In this document: positions 50,592-62,759 of the stretch, one piece after another
How the letters are laid out: every line of letters begins with the position of its first letter
Numbering within the stretch: position 1 is the first letter of the stretch
Assembly (NCBI RefSeq): GCF_000143415.4
Contig: NW_003314268.1
Coordinates: 936,703-1,000,702, forward strand
Reading direction: 5' to 3'
DNA from: Selaginella moellendorffii
Lineage: Eukaryota > Plantae > Lycopodiophyta
DNA: 64,000 nt
Translations under genes and position numbers: made by a program
The notes under the pieces: generated by a model
What the model saw: the letters and a program-made list of their open reading frames with translations, nothing else
What the model was told of the DNA's origin: nothing
Databases searched by the model: none

Positions 50592-50778
50592 TGTGAAATA
50601 GATTTAGTAAGGGTTAGGGAATTAAAGGCATTTTGCAAAGCGCAAGCTATGGCAGTGGATGCGTCACAGGTTTGTGGTCTCTCTTCCGACCAAAAAAGGC
50701 GCACAAGGGCGACAACAAGGTCCACCCGGAAGCCATCTGGAAGCTGAAGGTCCATTATCGTGTCTGTGAGGCTGTCTC
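50592..50778 (+). pseudogene. 5' fragment of MARTEQ-family gene with deletions
   Basis: Same upstream leader and GCVTGLWSLFRPKKAHKGDNKVHPEA coding piece as 3485-3700. Confidence 0.9.
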
Positions 50779-50789
50779 TCGGTTTTGTT

Positions 50790-51540
50790 ACTATTAGATC
50801 CTTGGCTGTTCTTGGATCCTATAAAATCTCTCCAAGCATCCGAGGCTTGCGTGAAAGATAGGTTTGCAAGTTTGACGTTGCGATTTCATAGCTCGCATCA
50901 TCCAGGCGCAAGGAAGTTGCCATGCTGATCAAACAAAGTTCTCTCTTCGTTTTTTTCTTTTTTTTCATTAAAAACGCCATGGCGCTTTAGTCTGTCGTTC
51001 ACGATTTAAAGCTTTCGTCCGTGTCAAGTCTTTTTCCATACAATGGTAGCCTTATGAACCATAACTTTGGCTTGACAGTCCTCAGTAGGCGTTAACTCGG
51101 TTCTTACAAGAGTGAGTGAGTCTTCTTTCTTTCTGCAGTCAAATGGCTCTATAAACATATGGAACAACTAAAGGTGCGTACATATTAGCTCCTGACTTCT
51201 TGCTCTAACATGATCTTCTCTTTGTAGTGCGATGCCTGCCGAGTGCCTACCACCGCCATCACCAAATCCATTGAGTACGGCCTAGCCATGGAAGCAGTGG
51301 GAGAGGCAGCAGAAGACCAGAAATTTAAGGCATATTAACATGCAAGTCTTCAAAGGCTGTCGCTTTTCTGTATCTCGCAAAGAAAATGAAATGAAATGAA
51401 ACTAAAAAATCAAAGATCAGTATTCAAGTTCTTCTGCTGCTGCTCTGCTTGATTAAACTGCTATTTGCTTTCTTTGTTTAAGATGCTTGATCCTCGCTGC
51501 TCAAACTTCACTACTTTGATCTGGATCCGGGAGCCCAAGA
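50790..51540 (-). repeat. Inverted diverged copy of the 3' flank of the MARTEQ unit
   Basis: For example, 51140-51210 is the reverse complement of 7865-7935. Confidence 0.75.
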
Positions 51541-51686
51541 ATACCTTAAGAATATTCTTGCACACCAAGAATATTCTGTTAAGGTTTTAGCGGCAATATC
51601 TTTATTAAATAGGTAACTACAGAAGAAATTATTATTTTAATATTTAATAATTTTTATTTATACTAATTATTTAAGTTAGCATCCTC

Positions 51687-51724
<38 letters not shown>

Positions 51725-53104
51725 CTATAAACTTAAAATGCCCTATGTTATTTTAAATATAATTTATAAATAAAAATTTATACATATTATATTAAACCCG
51801 AATATAATACCAATATCTAATTCATTTTCAATGTCAAAAACACCTAATGTTCAGACATTGCAGAGTGATAAATCTTAAGTTAACATTTTGATCCATCCGA
51901 AAAAGCATATAATATATAAAATACATATGCTTATAATAGATGAAAGATTTACAAAAAAATTGATGTTGAAAAGTATGTGTAATTGCAACTTGAAAATTGG
52001 TTAATTGTGATGTTGTAAACCTTCTCATTTACAATATTAGCTCTATAATTGAGAACTATATACTCATAATTATAATATTTTTACTTAATGTTGACACTCT
52101 TCTCCCATCTTTAATTGTAATGCTTTGTTGCTTTTGCTTCCTTTGACCAAGTATTTGCATTTGTTATTTTTTTATTTTTGGAACTTCTTGAAAAAAGTGC
52201 TAAAGTTGAACTTTTTTGATTAATGATCTCTTCAAATTTAAAACCTACTTCAACTAAAGCCTGAAGCTCTAAATTTGTCAAGTTCACCACTTCTTTAACT
52301 AGCTAATACATTGTATATATTCTGGTTTTTGGATAATCTGTGCTACAGTAAATCATGGGTTTGTCATCCCCAAAACCAAGGGGTTGTAGTGTGTAAAGTT
52401 CCTATAATAATGTATTCACCACATAAGTTTCCTTCAATTCAAGCAAGACACTTGGATTACAAATCCTCCTCCAAGTTGACATGTAACCCACTCAATCTTA
52501 TAAACCTTTTGTTCTTTGACTTTTACTCAAACATGTTAGTGCTTCAAATACATACTACTATGTAAACACTTCTTAAATCCCAAGTGGTGTGACTTTAAGC
52601 CTAGAGTGCTACAACTTCATCCCATGCTTTGGCCCTTCATCCATATAATCTCTATCATATTAAATATTAGTAATTCTTTCATCTCATCCACAATTTGGAT
52701 ATCAAGTGTAAAATCACTCACTTGTCCTCAAAGAATGTTGCCACCCAAGGAGAAAATAACCTAATGAACAACTTTCCAAAAGAAATGGAGCAACTCAAAA
52801 CTCAACTTCTTGAGGGCTTTGAGGGCTTTTTCAAATTTCGTAAAACTAAGCTAGCTATCATCTTTCCTTGAGTTAACCACTCTACATTGTCCTAATAAGC
52901 AAGTAATGGCCTTTAAGATGAGTTCCATCCACCAACAATGGCTGGCAATTGTTTAAAAACAACTAAATGTTCCATAAGATTTTGTTTGGAAGGAAACAAA
53001 TCCTCAAAAGTCTTAGCTTGAATTCATTCCTACAGCTTAATCCCAATTACAATATTAAATTTTGTTTACGCTCACTCTATGATGCAATGGTTTTGTTCAT
53101 ATAA

Positions 53105-54439
53105 CTAGAGATCAATAAGCTGCTTTAGATTAAATGGAAACATAATTGTTTTGTTCCCACTTAATATAGCAGAGGCTATTAGACGGTTTGCAGACTCTGT
53201 TGGATGATAAGCATCCCAATAGAAGTATTGGTTTCTCGTAGAACAAACTGATCCTAATGGTAAACAAGCAAATAATCTCAAGGGTGATACTCCACAACAA
53301 GCATCACGGCCATTCACAAATCCTGTCATACAAATTACAATGAGCAAATGATGAATTTGTGTTAAGCTTACCATATTTTGAAGGGTTGTTTGTTGCATCG
53401 TAAAATAGATCATATGTAGTTCCAAACACCATCTTCGCTCCATTCAAGTCTCGATTCATCCCTGAAACCATATCCTTGAGTGCTCTGTCAAAATTCACGG
53501 CCAAAGTGTTGGCTTCTTCATGGCAAGCCTTGCCATTTGCTCCCAAAATATTGCCCTCTCTCTTAAATGGAATGCAACCAAGTGGTCCAAGAGCAAAAAC
53601 CACTATTTTGCGAGCTCCTAGTTGATAGGCTCTCTGTTGAGAATCAAAATTACACCGTGTAAATCACCGTGTTGAATCAAAATCAAATCAAATCAAATGA
53701 GTTATTGAGCAAGAAAAGCAATCACTTACATTCAAGTAGCCTTTGTATGCAGAGATTACTTGATCTTGAAATTCTTGCGGAGATTTGCTCCTGGTGCTGT
53801 TCATGTAATTCAAGTAATCGTTGGATCCAAGAGCAAACAAAAATATTGACCGTGACAAAAGATCAAATGCGGGGTCCTCGCCTCCCACAAGCAAAACGAT
53901 CTCAGACCTAGTGTTGACGAAATTCTGGATCTGCTTCCCAAGCGGCTGGATCTGGTCAAAGATCCAAGGATGGATGGTCAACACGCTTCAAAAGCCCAGA
54001 CTAAATACTTTACATTCTGGAGGAAGTTCACGGAGGAATCATTGAGGATTCGAGCGCCGCCTGATGCGTAGCTTACTCCTTTGAGGATCACACTGCCTTT
54101 TGTGTTGGGATCGTGATAAGCAGGGACTAGAGGAAGCCCAAGTTCTTGAGCTGGTAGAAACAAAACAAACTCAGAAAATGTGTAGATCAATTTGCCTTGC
54201 TTACCAATGAGATCCACGACTGTGAATCCATTGCAAAACCTTCCTGTCGCCTTCCCTCCTGGGAAATCGATTCCATTTGGCCGAAATGCTGCTTGAGCAG
54301 TGGTGACGAGGAACTTGTTGTTTCCGGGATCTGTCAAAGAGTCACCAAAGACGAAGAATGCAGGAGCTTGGGCACGCCCAGATCTAAGAACCAAAAAAAA
54401 ACTCAAAATCGAAGCTGCTAGAGGAAGAAGACGCATCAT
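53105..54439 (-). CDS. GDSL esterase/lipase (SGNH), secreted; exons 54439-54205, 54150-54014, 53951-53730, 53633-53372, 53322-53105
   Basis: Signal peptide; FVFGDSLTDPGNN, GRFCNG, GVSYASGG, GSNDY, LGARK...GPLGCIP, YWDAYHPTE. Four GT-AG introns give a continuous frame. Confidence 0.95.
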
Positions 54440-54679
54440 CACTCTTCTCTTAGTCAAGGTAAAGTGGCGATCTATTCGTTTCTTATTCTCACACGCAGTC
54501 AGTCAAAGTCCACTTTATGGTCAATTTGGTAGAGCTCGGCAATCCCCCTCACAGTAACACAAAGGAAGAAAATAAAAGCAAGGATGGACCTTATCCAATA
54601 GCTGCCAATCTTGGCTCCTTCCAACACTTCATGGAGGACACCATCAACTAGAGAGCTTTACCAGATGACAAAGTACGTC

Positions 54680-55213
54680 AAGCATAGTCTGTCTTATAGT
54701 CTCCGCAGCCTCTCTATGAATCCGAAACCCCCGGCTTCAGCTAGATCACCTTCTCGCCATCTTGCTGCCATCTGACACTGGTTTACTTCGCTCCTCGCTG
54801 AAGCTGTGCCTTATACCGCAGCAGCGCTAATCCACTGGAGCAAACAAAAGAAGAAAACAAGGCTGGGAATAGAAACATGGGTTCTGATTTTTTTGGTTTG
54901 CTTCAATCGCTTTTTGTGTTTGCACAGACAAGAGGTCATCAATTGAGCATTTGGATTAGATACCTTCCAGACCAGTCCAACTTATAGTCTACCAGCCTCC
55001 AGTCATCTTCGAGTTTCCTTGCCGCAATCTCGTCTTGATCCCTTACTAAGCTGCATCCTGGCTGTGATGGTCGCTAGGCTCATCATCTCTTCTTGAGTTT
55101 CACTCAGAGCTACTCAACCGGCCAGGGATGTTGCTTGCAGTGGCATACATTACAACTTGCGTACTCTGATTGAAGATGAAGCTCTCCAGCAAAGAGCAGT
55201 GATTCTTGAGCAG
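54680..55213 (-). repeat. Deleted inverted copy of part of the MARTEQ unit (exon-3 end and 3' flank)
   Basis: Matches ~1600-2075 directly and ~57740-58215 in reverse. Confidence 0.85.
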
Positions 55214-56101
55214 TTCCTTAATACAAAATTATTTAAGTTTGGCATAATAAACTAGAAGCATTTTTTCTATAAGTTTTTTAATTTTGTTTTCGTTTTTATG
55301 GTATTTCTTGGAGGAAGACTCGTTTGATTCCCCAACAGATATGAAATATTGAAGGTGGTGAATGCAATCAATAATATTTTGTGTTTTTTGAACAGTATTT
55401 TGTAAGTTGTTTCCTACAATATTTGGTTAAACGTGTTTCCAGGCTTGCTTTGCTCCAAATCCAGCTACTAGCCCCAAATGAGAAAGTGGTAGAGCTCATC
55501 GCCGAGACAGCACTGATCGAGCACCAAGGATTTCCCGTGGGCACTCTGAATGAAAATGGAGCATCAATTCTCTGGGAGAAAGGAAGTCGAAACAATGGAC
55601 GACCCGAAAGGTTCTCAGGAAAAGCTCTTCACTGAAAAGCTTTTGACTAAAAAAGCTAGCGAAGCGGATGGTTAATCCTTCCTTGCTTCCTTGTTGACAG
55701 GTTTGGTATTGTGCAAGCAGGATCATGCTCCAGGTCCAGTTCTCAACGCGGATCCAGGCCAAAGAAATCATCGCTGGAGCCGCTCTACAACTTTCTCCTT
55801 GGTGGATAAAACGCAAGAGCTCTTCCCAGCCAGCCAAGCGGAGGAGGAGTGAGATCCATGGGGGAGGAGCCCTCGGAGGATGCAAGGATCAAAGCCCTGG
55901 GAGCTGAGGACGTCAACTTTGCTCTTTCGCTGTGATCAAGCGCTGGGAAGCTCTTCGAGGTATCTCTCGCTCGCTCGCTCATTAGAGCAACAACATAAGG
56001 TTTAGTGAAATCAGTAAGATTACGACTAATACATTAATACATTAATGTCCATTAATTTAGTAAGGGTTAGGGCATTAGAGGCATTTTGCAAAGCGCAAGC
56101 T

Positions 56102-57869
56102 ATGGCGCGAACAGAGCAGGAGCGCAGTGGATGCGTCACAGGTCTGTGGTCTCTCTTCCGACCAAAAAAGGCGCACAAGGGCGACAACAAGGTCCACCCG
56201 GAAGCCATGGACGCGGCGGCCTCGAAGCTGAAACAACTCAAGCGCGAGGTGAGTGTGATCGTGGAATCACTCCGAGGGCAGAAGGCGATCGTGCCGATCA
56301 AGCCGGACCAAAACGAAGCCGAGGAGCTGAAGGAGAATCAAGAGAAGAAAGCCGAGCAGCTGAACGAGGAGGAGAAGGAACTCAGGCGCGCGATCAAGCG
56401 GCGGGAGGAGGAACAGCGAGTACTGCGAGCCCAGGAGCTGCAAGCCCAGGAGGAGCTGCAAGCCCAGGAGGAGCTGCGAGCCCTTCGAGCCGAGCAGGCG
56501 GAGCAACAGCAGCAGCGGGCGGAGAAGAAGCGGGCAGAGAAGCAGTGGTGGGAGCAGCAGCGGGCGATGCGAGCGGAGCGACGGCGAGCCCAGCAGCGAG
56601 CCGATCACGAGAAGCTGCTTTGTTTCTCGACTGCGGTGGAAAATTTTGGTGCGGATGGTGCCCGATGGTGGTCCGAGTGCCATCTCACCGATGGCCGTGG
56701 AGGCTTCACCGAGTTCCTGCGCCTGGAAGCTCTTCACGAGGCCTCACGAGAGCTCTCCAAGACGAACACCAGCAAGAGGAGTGGCTTCGAACAGAAGGAG
56801 CAGCGGATGAAACCAGAACAAGAGGAGGAGCGGCGGATCAATCAGGAAATCAAGCAGCCAAACGAGAAGGATCACGAGAAGATCAAGCAGGAGGATCAAG
56901 AGCCAGAAAACAAGCAAAAGGAGCAGCCAACCAAGCCAGCTTTGTTGCCAGCCGGTCCGCGTCGTCCAGGTATGGTTTGTCTCTTTCTCGTCCTTTCTTC
57001 CGTGACTTAACCACTGTCTCTCGGACTTCCAGGTTCCAGGCCCAAGACTGTTCGCTTCTCTCCATCAGCGCAGATCATTCTCCCCGACGGCACGCAGCAG
57101 CCGACTGAGTGCCATCTCCAGGATGGGCGAGGGGGCTTTCTGGAGTTCCGGCGCCTGGAAGCTCTTCACGAGGCGTCGAGAGAGCTAAAGAGGAAGGAGA
57201 GCAGCCAGAAGATCGACGACGAGGTCAGGGACGAGGACGTGGTTGAGGTCGAGGAGGGGGCCACCTGGAGCTGCCGCGCATTGGAGCTTCTGATCAGGCT
57301 CGCCGAGTTGACGTACGAAGAACTGAACGGAAAATCTAGCGACAGCGTAAGGATCCAGAGAGCGCGGAGGATTCAGAGGGAGTTGGATAAAATCCCTGAA
57401 GAATCGAAGCCGTGGAGGAAGAGCAAATCCGGCAAAATGGTGTTTGTGAAAGTGGCCAAGGAGATCTGTGATCGCGCGGGAGACGACTTCGTCCGAGAAT
57501 TCTGGAGAAGACAGGCAAGCTTTTCTTTTCGTTAGTTTTTGGATTCGGGCGGTTTGCCAATAACTCCCGTGTTTGTTGTAGAGAGCTGGGGTGACTTCGC
57601 TCGCGGAAGCCAATGTCGAGGGAAGGGATGGTTGTGGTCATGGTTTCTCTCAACATGGTCGGAGGATTATCAGCAAGGAACGACGAGAATACAAGACTGG
57701 AAACGAGACTGGAAACAGGAGTGGACGGTGTTTTGTCACTGCTCGAGAATCACTGCTCTTTGCTGGAGAGCTTCCTCTTCAATCAGAGTACGCAAGCTGG
57801 GATGTATGCCACTGCAAGCAACATCCCCGGCCAGTTGAGCAGCTCCGAGTGAAACTCAAGAAGAGATGA
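56102..57869 (+). CDS. Orphan MARTEQ-family protein copy 3 (545 aa) with two copies of the conserved domain; exons 56102-56969, 57033-57514, 57582-57869
   Basis: Same N-terminus and intron positions as copies 1 and 2. Intron 2 has a GC donor (cag/gcaagc). The spliced frame is open. Confidence 0.7.
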
Positions 57870-59857
57870 TGGCGAGAACGAGGATGCAGCTTAGGAAGGG
57901 ATCAAGACGAGATTGCTGCAAGGAAACTCAAGAATCGAGCTTGCACTCTGGTCAAAGCTCTCCAGTCAAGCACCTAAGGAGGCTGGTGTTCAACGACTAT
58001 AAAGTTGGACTTGTCTGGGGTCTATCTGATCAGCTTCCCAGTCGACGGAGATGATTCAGGAGGTGCTGCTGCGGTATAATGCTCCAAGGCTGTCCACAGC
58101 TTCAGCGAGGAACGATGCAAGATGGCGAGAATATGATCTAGCTGAAGCTGCTCGTGACGGTGGGGGATATCGGATTCAGAGAGAGGCTGTGGAGACTATA
58201 AGACAGACTACGCTCGAAGTTCTCTATCATTTGCTAGAGCGGAGACTTTGAAACTCCAACCCTGTCCAGGAATGCTCGTACAGCTGCTCGGATGATAGTA
58301 TCAGCAAGGAACGCAGTGGCAGGTTGCTGCAAGGGAACTCAAGAAGATGATGATGGCAAGAAGATTATCTTGATGACGCTGCTTGTGAAGGTGGAGCGAT
58401 TGGAAGGATTCACAGGACTGCTGCTGTTCGCCTCTGACGTGCAGTCTGGTATCTGGTGGAGCGAACTTTAAGACGAAAGGACTAGTTTTAGAGGAGTCAT
58501 CGAACGCAGAAGCTGTTGCAGAGTTTAGGAGGCCATCTGGCTTCGCATGCCTCTCCTCAAGCCCTGTCCATGCGTCCTTCCACTCGAGCTTCTCAGCACG
58601 AAGCTCCGATGCCTAGGCCTGAAGTGGCGAAGAACAAGCCGATTCCCTGAGAAGAGAACACGAACAAACTGTCCGAGAGGTTCTAAGCACGACGAAGGAA
58701 CGAGAAATGAGCTCGAGAAATCGGCTGCAAGGATTGGTCACCTCGAGGCCGTCAAATGCAGGAAAACTTGGAGTACATCGAAATCTCCGAGCAGATCGAG
58801 TGGCACAGGGAAGCAGTAGCAGGCCTCCAAAGCGCCAAGTTTGAGCTACCAGTCTCGAGATCCACACTCTTAAGTCAAGCGAAGATCAATCTTCTCGAGG
58901 AGAAATTCTCACTTGACTCCAAAGTTTGGGAGGTGTCCGAGACGATGGAGCAGCACAAGCAGTCGAAAGCGGCGCTCCAGGCGGAGCAGTCGGCCAGCCG
59001 AGCTCTGGAAGTCAAGCACAGTCCATCAAACTTTGGCATGAAGCAAAAGATGGGATGCTGAGTAGTTGACGGAAACGTGACGAGAGCTCAACGCTGTCCA
59101 GGATCGCTCTTACAGGTGCTTGGGTGATAGTATATCATCAAGGAATGATCTCGATCTCGATCTCGATGAAGCTGCTTGGAGCCAGTGGTGCGGATTCACC
59201 GGATGTTCGCCTCTGACGTGGGGAGATTACAGACTATTTTTATCTGCTGGAGCGAACTCTAACACGAAGCAACAGTAGGCAATGGCCACCCTTTACAATC
59301 GAGCAATCTGGACCGAGGGTACGTAGAGTCGTCCTCTTCCATTTTTTTCATCCGTGGTGTTAAACAGCAGAAGAAAGCCTCTCAAGGCCTACAGCAACAC
59401 ACACTTTGTGGTATTTTCTTGTTGTTTTTCTGCTCTGCTGGAAATCTTCTGAGCTCCAACTTCGTAGGAGGCCGCGTTTTTTCTCTGCGAGGTAATCTGC
59501 GAGACTAAATAAATAAAACATCCCGGAGACTATGCTGAGGAGCTGCTTATTCTGGCCCACTAGTAAGTAAAAAACTTCAAGTTTTCTACTCTATTAGAAA
59601 ATAGTCTGTTCACCATCTAAGGAGTGGCCGCTGTAATCGAGAGTAAGACATCTCGCTCCTTGTATGTTAAAAACTTCGGAGATCCAGAAGACTATCACAG
59701 AAAGCAAATCAGGGTGGAGAAATTAGGACTTGAAGCAGCGAAACTGTAAGAGGTCAGAGATCGGAGCAAGTGGAACTGAACAATTGTCATTGGATTGAGC
59801 AAGTTCGATAGTAGGTTCGAAAATCTAAAACTTGGGAAGCAGAAGCAAAGACTAAAA
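56892..59857 (+). repeat. Right arm of the large inverted duplication
   Basis: Reverse complement of 1-2897. Confidence 0.95.
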
Positions 59858-62348
59858 AACTTTCTTAAAGCAAGCAGGGGCAGCAGCTTAAAAATTTAGA
59901 AAGCAGAGTAGCAGTGGCGGAAAGAGCAGTGGCTTTTTTTAAGCAGAGGCAGCTTGAAAATAAAAAAGCAGCGATTTTTTCGACGAGCAGCTTAACGACT
60001 ATAAAAATTTCGTAAAACAAGCATAAGTTTCTGAGCAGCAGAAGAACTTGAATTGGTCTTTACTTTCTATTCATATAAAAAACGATTGTGAGATTCAGAA
60101 AATCGACTAAAATGTAAACTTTTAACAGATCCTCTTGCATCTCGGGCTTTGATCCTAGAAACAAGGAAGAAAAATTAAATATCTAGAGCACGTTAGAAAA
60201 TACTTGTGCCGTTCTTCTTGAATTTGTCCATAGCTTCCCCTCGCAAGTCAATTTGCCAAATGAACGATCACTTGAATTTTTAAAAAACAAGAAAAACAGA
60301 AACAAAAACAAAAATGGCTCACAACATTAACACCTATAGTGGTGCATTTGAAGACGTGAAGTGCTATAATCGTGATTGTTTCTGCCGTAAAAATCAAAAC
60401 GCGCGCCATGCTTGCATAGTGATACTAGCATCCACACACTCTAGGCTATACCTGTAGGCCGGAGCAGCAGCTGATGCTGAAGGAGAAAAAGGACGCTTTG
60501 CCTTAAATCTCAGGTCTGCTGCTTCCACTGGCTCAATGGACTTGGTGATGGCTATGGTAACAATGGTGATGGCAAGAGTGATGGACTCGGCCTTCCTAGG
60601 CACTGAAAAACTCTGGAAGGAGAAGATCACGTTAGAGCAAGAACTCCATATGGTATATGTTATATTTATCCTCCTCATTGTGTATAAAGAGGGAGTTGTT
60701 TATATAATCTTCAAATCACATATAGTTGACATATAATTGCATATCATCCAAGTGTGCCATGGCACTTTTGCAATATAACATTTGGTATTTACAAGATATT
60801 AGAATTGGTCTAAGGTGGCTCCACATGTGTAAATATATTGGAAATTTTGGTTGTATTAACAATATGTTTTCAAACCAAAATACCTTTGCATCCTTCAATT
60901 TGTCTTCTCCAGCCATTTCCTCTTGCGTTAGAGGCCTAAAAATTCATATTTATAGATTTTTTTTATTGATTTTCCACCTTCTTTAAGGATTTGATAACAT
61001 TTTTATTGTGATCAAATGGTTTTCAAAAATAACATATTTTCTTGCCATGTTGAAAGACAATTGATGAAGGTTAAATTTATCTACAAAAGATCTTTTATCT
61101 TTATATTTTGCCAATTAATATTATTATAGATTGTGGGCTTTAGTTTGTTTCCCTCTTTGGTATTAGTTTATTTCCTTCCTTCACATCAAAGGTAAATTAT
61201 CAACTTTTTATCATTCTCATATCAATAACATACTATTTAAGCTTTTGAGCAATATGATGATTAGGTTGATTTCTTTATTTTTGTTGAATTTCCTTATAAT
61301 AATTTTTAGCATTTTTCAATGTATCACTCTCTATTCTTTGTCAACTATGGCCTTCATCTTCATTAGTCATATTCATTTTTTCTGGCATTTAGTCTTATAA
61401 ATAAATTTGTTACTACTTAATGTTTTTTTTTCTGAAACAAAAAACTAGTTATAGCCCAAAATTAGCTAGATTGTTTTTCCTATAGTGATTATGGTATAAC
61501 TTTAGTGAGTAGAGGTAAATATATAATTTTATAAGTGATATGGGAGACAATGTGTTTGAGATTTGTCTTTTGTAAATAAAAAAACCAATTAAGAAAGTAG
61601 TGTAACAACATATTCATAATTTTTACAATTTTATATATTTTTATTTGGGCTTTTTGTGAGGCACCATCTAATCTCTTATGCATCCAGGCCATAAAGATCC
61701 TCTAAAAAGATTAGAGATTGTTGGAGAAAAGCTTATAGTAAACTATAAATATGCTTATAATTTATATACACAAGATTGATAAAAATTATTAATTTATTCC
61801 AGGTATATCCATTACCACTGAAAAATATCAAGTACTAAATTTTTTAGCTAATTTAGATTAGTTTTAATTGCAATATTTATAAAAAAATTAAAGCATTGGT
61901 GTTTCAAATTCTTCCAGAAAACAATTGTGTGAAATGTAATAAGATATATGGGCAAAGTTCCTTTATCTCTGGAAAATCTATATTAAATAATTTTATTTAA
62001 ATATATAATAAAAATGAATTTCTTAATGCATAACTCTATGTTCTCCTGCCAAAGATAGAAAATAAATTCATTTTTTAATAAAAATGCAGGAAAAATAGCA
62101 TTGTCATTTTATAAATTATTAGTGAATAAACTCATCAATTTCTTGTGTTATCTTAACCAAAGAATGTAAATTCTTACCTTTCTTTTGCAGTCACCAAAAA
62201 CATGTTGCATTTGCAAGTTAATTTTACCTGTCATGGTTTCACTCAAAAAACTTTATCCTTCCAATGTCCTTTAGACAACCTTGATCAACCTTTAATTTGC
62301 TATAAACATCAATTGATTTTTGCGCCAAAATCGATTTTAGTGGATTGG

Positions 62349-62433
62349 TGGGGTGAGAGAGGCTCGAACTCTCGACCTCAGGATTTCTCAGGAGCTATGA
62401 GACCTACGCGCTGACCCACTGCGCCACCACCCC
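62349..62433 (-). tRNA. tRNA-Met: tRNA-Met(CAT), elongator, with 11-nt intron (62385-62395)
   Basis: GGGGTGGTGGCGCAGTGGGTCAGCGCGTAGGTCTCATA[GCTCCTGAGAA]ATCCTGAGGTCGAGAGTTCGAGCCTCTCTCACCCCA is the canonical plant elongator Met with an intron after position 37. A T-run follows downstream. Confidence 0.97.
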
Positions 62434-62759
62434 TTCGTGGAAATTTCTTGCATAATATAAGTCAAACAGTTGAATGAACGTGCATTTCATTTTACATCAT
62501 CGTACATAAGTAGGATGGCTTCCACGCGGCAATTCCTACGCGAAACTTTAAGCGGAAACCGAATGGAAACCGACAGGAAATTCTGCGTCGCACGCTGCTC
62601 GGATATAAATTCATGACGTCTCCGCAGTCATCAGCAGGGCCCTCTTCTCTTCTGCTTCTCCGCCTCCCCGACTCTCGTGGATATTGGATTGATCGCGGTA
62701 TCGCTTGTCAACGAGCTGCGAATCTGTGATCTTCTCGATTGAATTCGTAGACAATTAAG

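Noticed and set aside
45480-54439. PPO + P450 + GDSL biosynthetic gene cluster
   Set aside because: PPO and the P450 are broken, the P450 is only a 3' fragment, and nothing in the sequence links them functionally.
55381-55982. Short ORFs upstream of copy 3
   Set aside because: No recognisable domain or consistent exon chain.
58756-59061. Separate coiled-coil gene downstream of copy 3
   Set aside because: Homologous segments in the other copies are frameshifted and shuffled, so it is treated as decayed repeat content.
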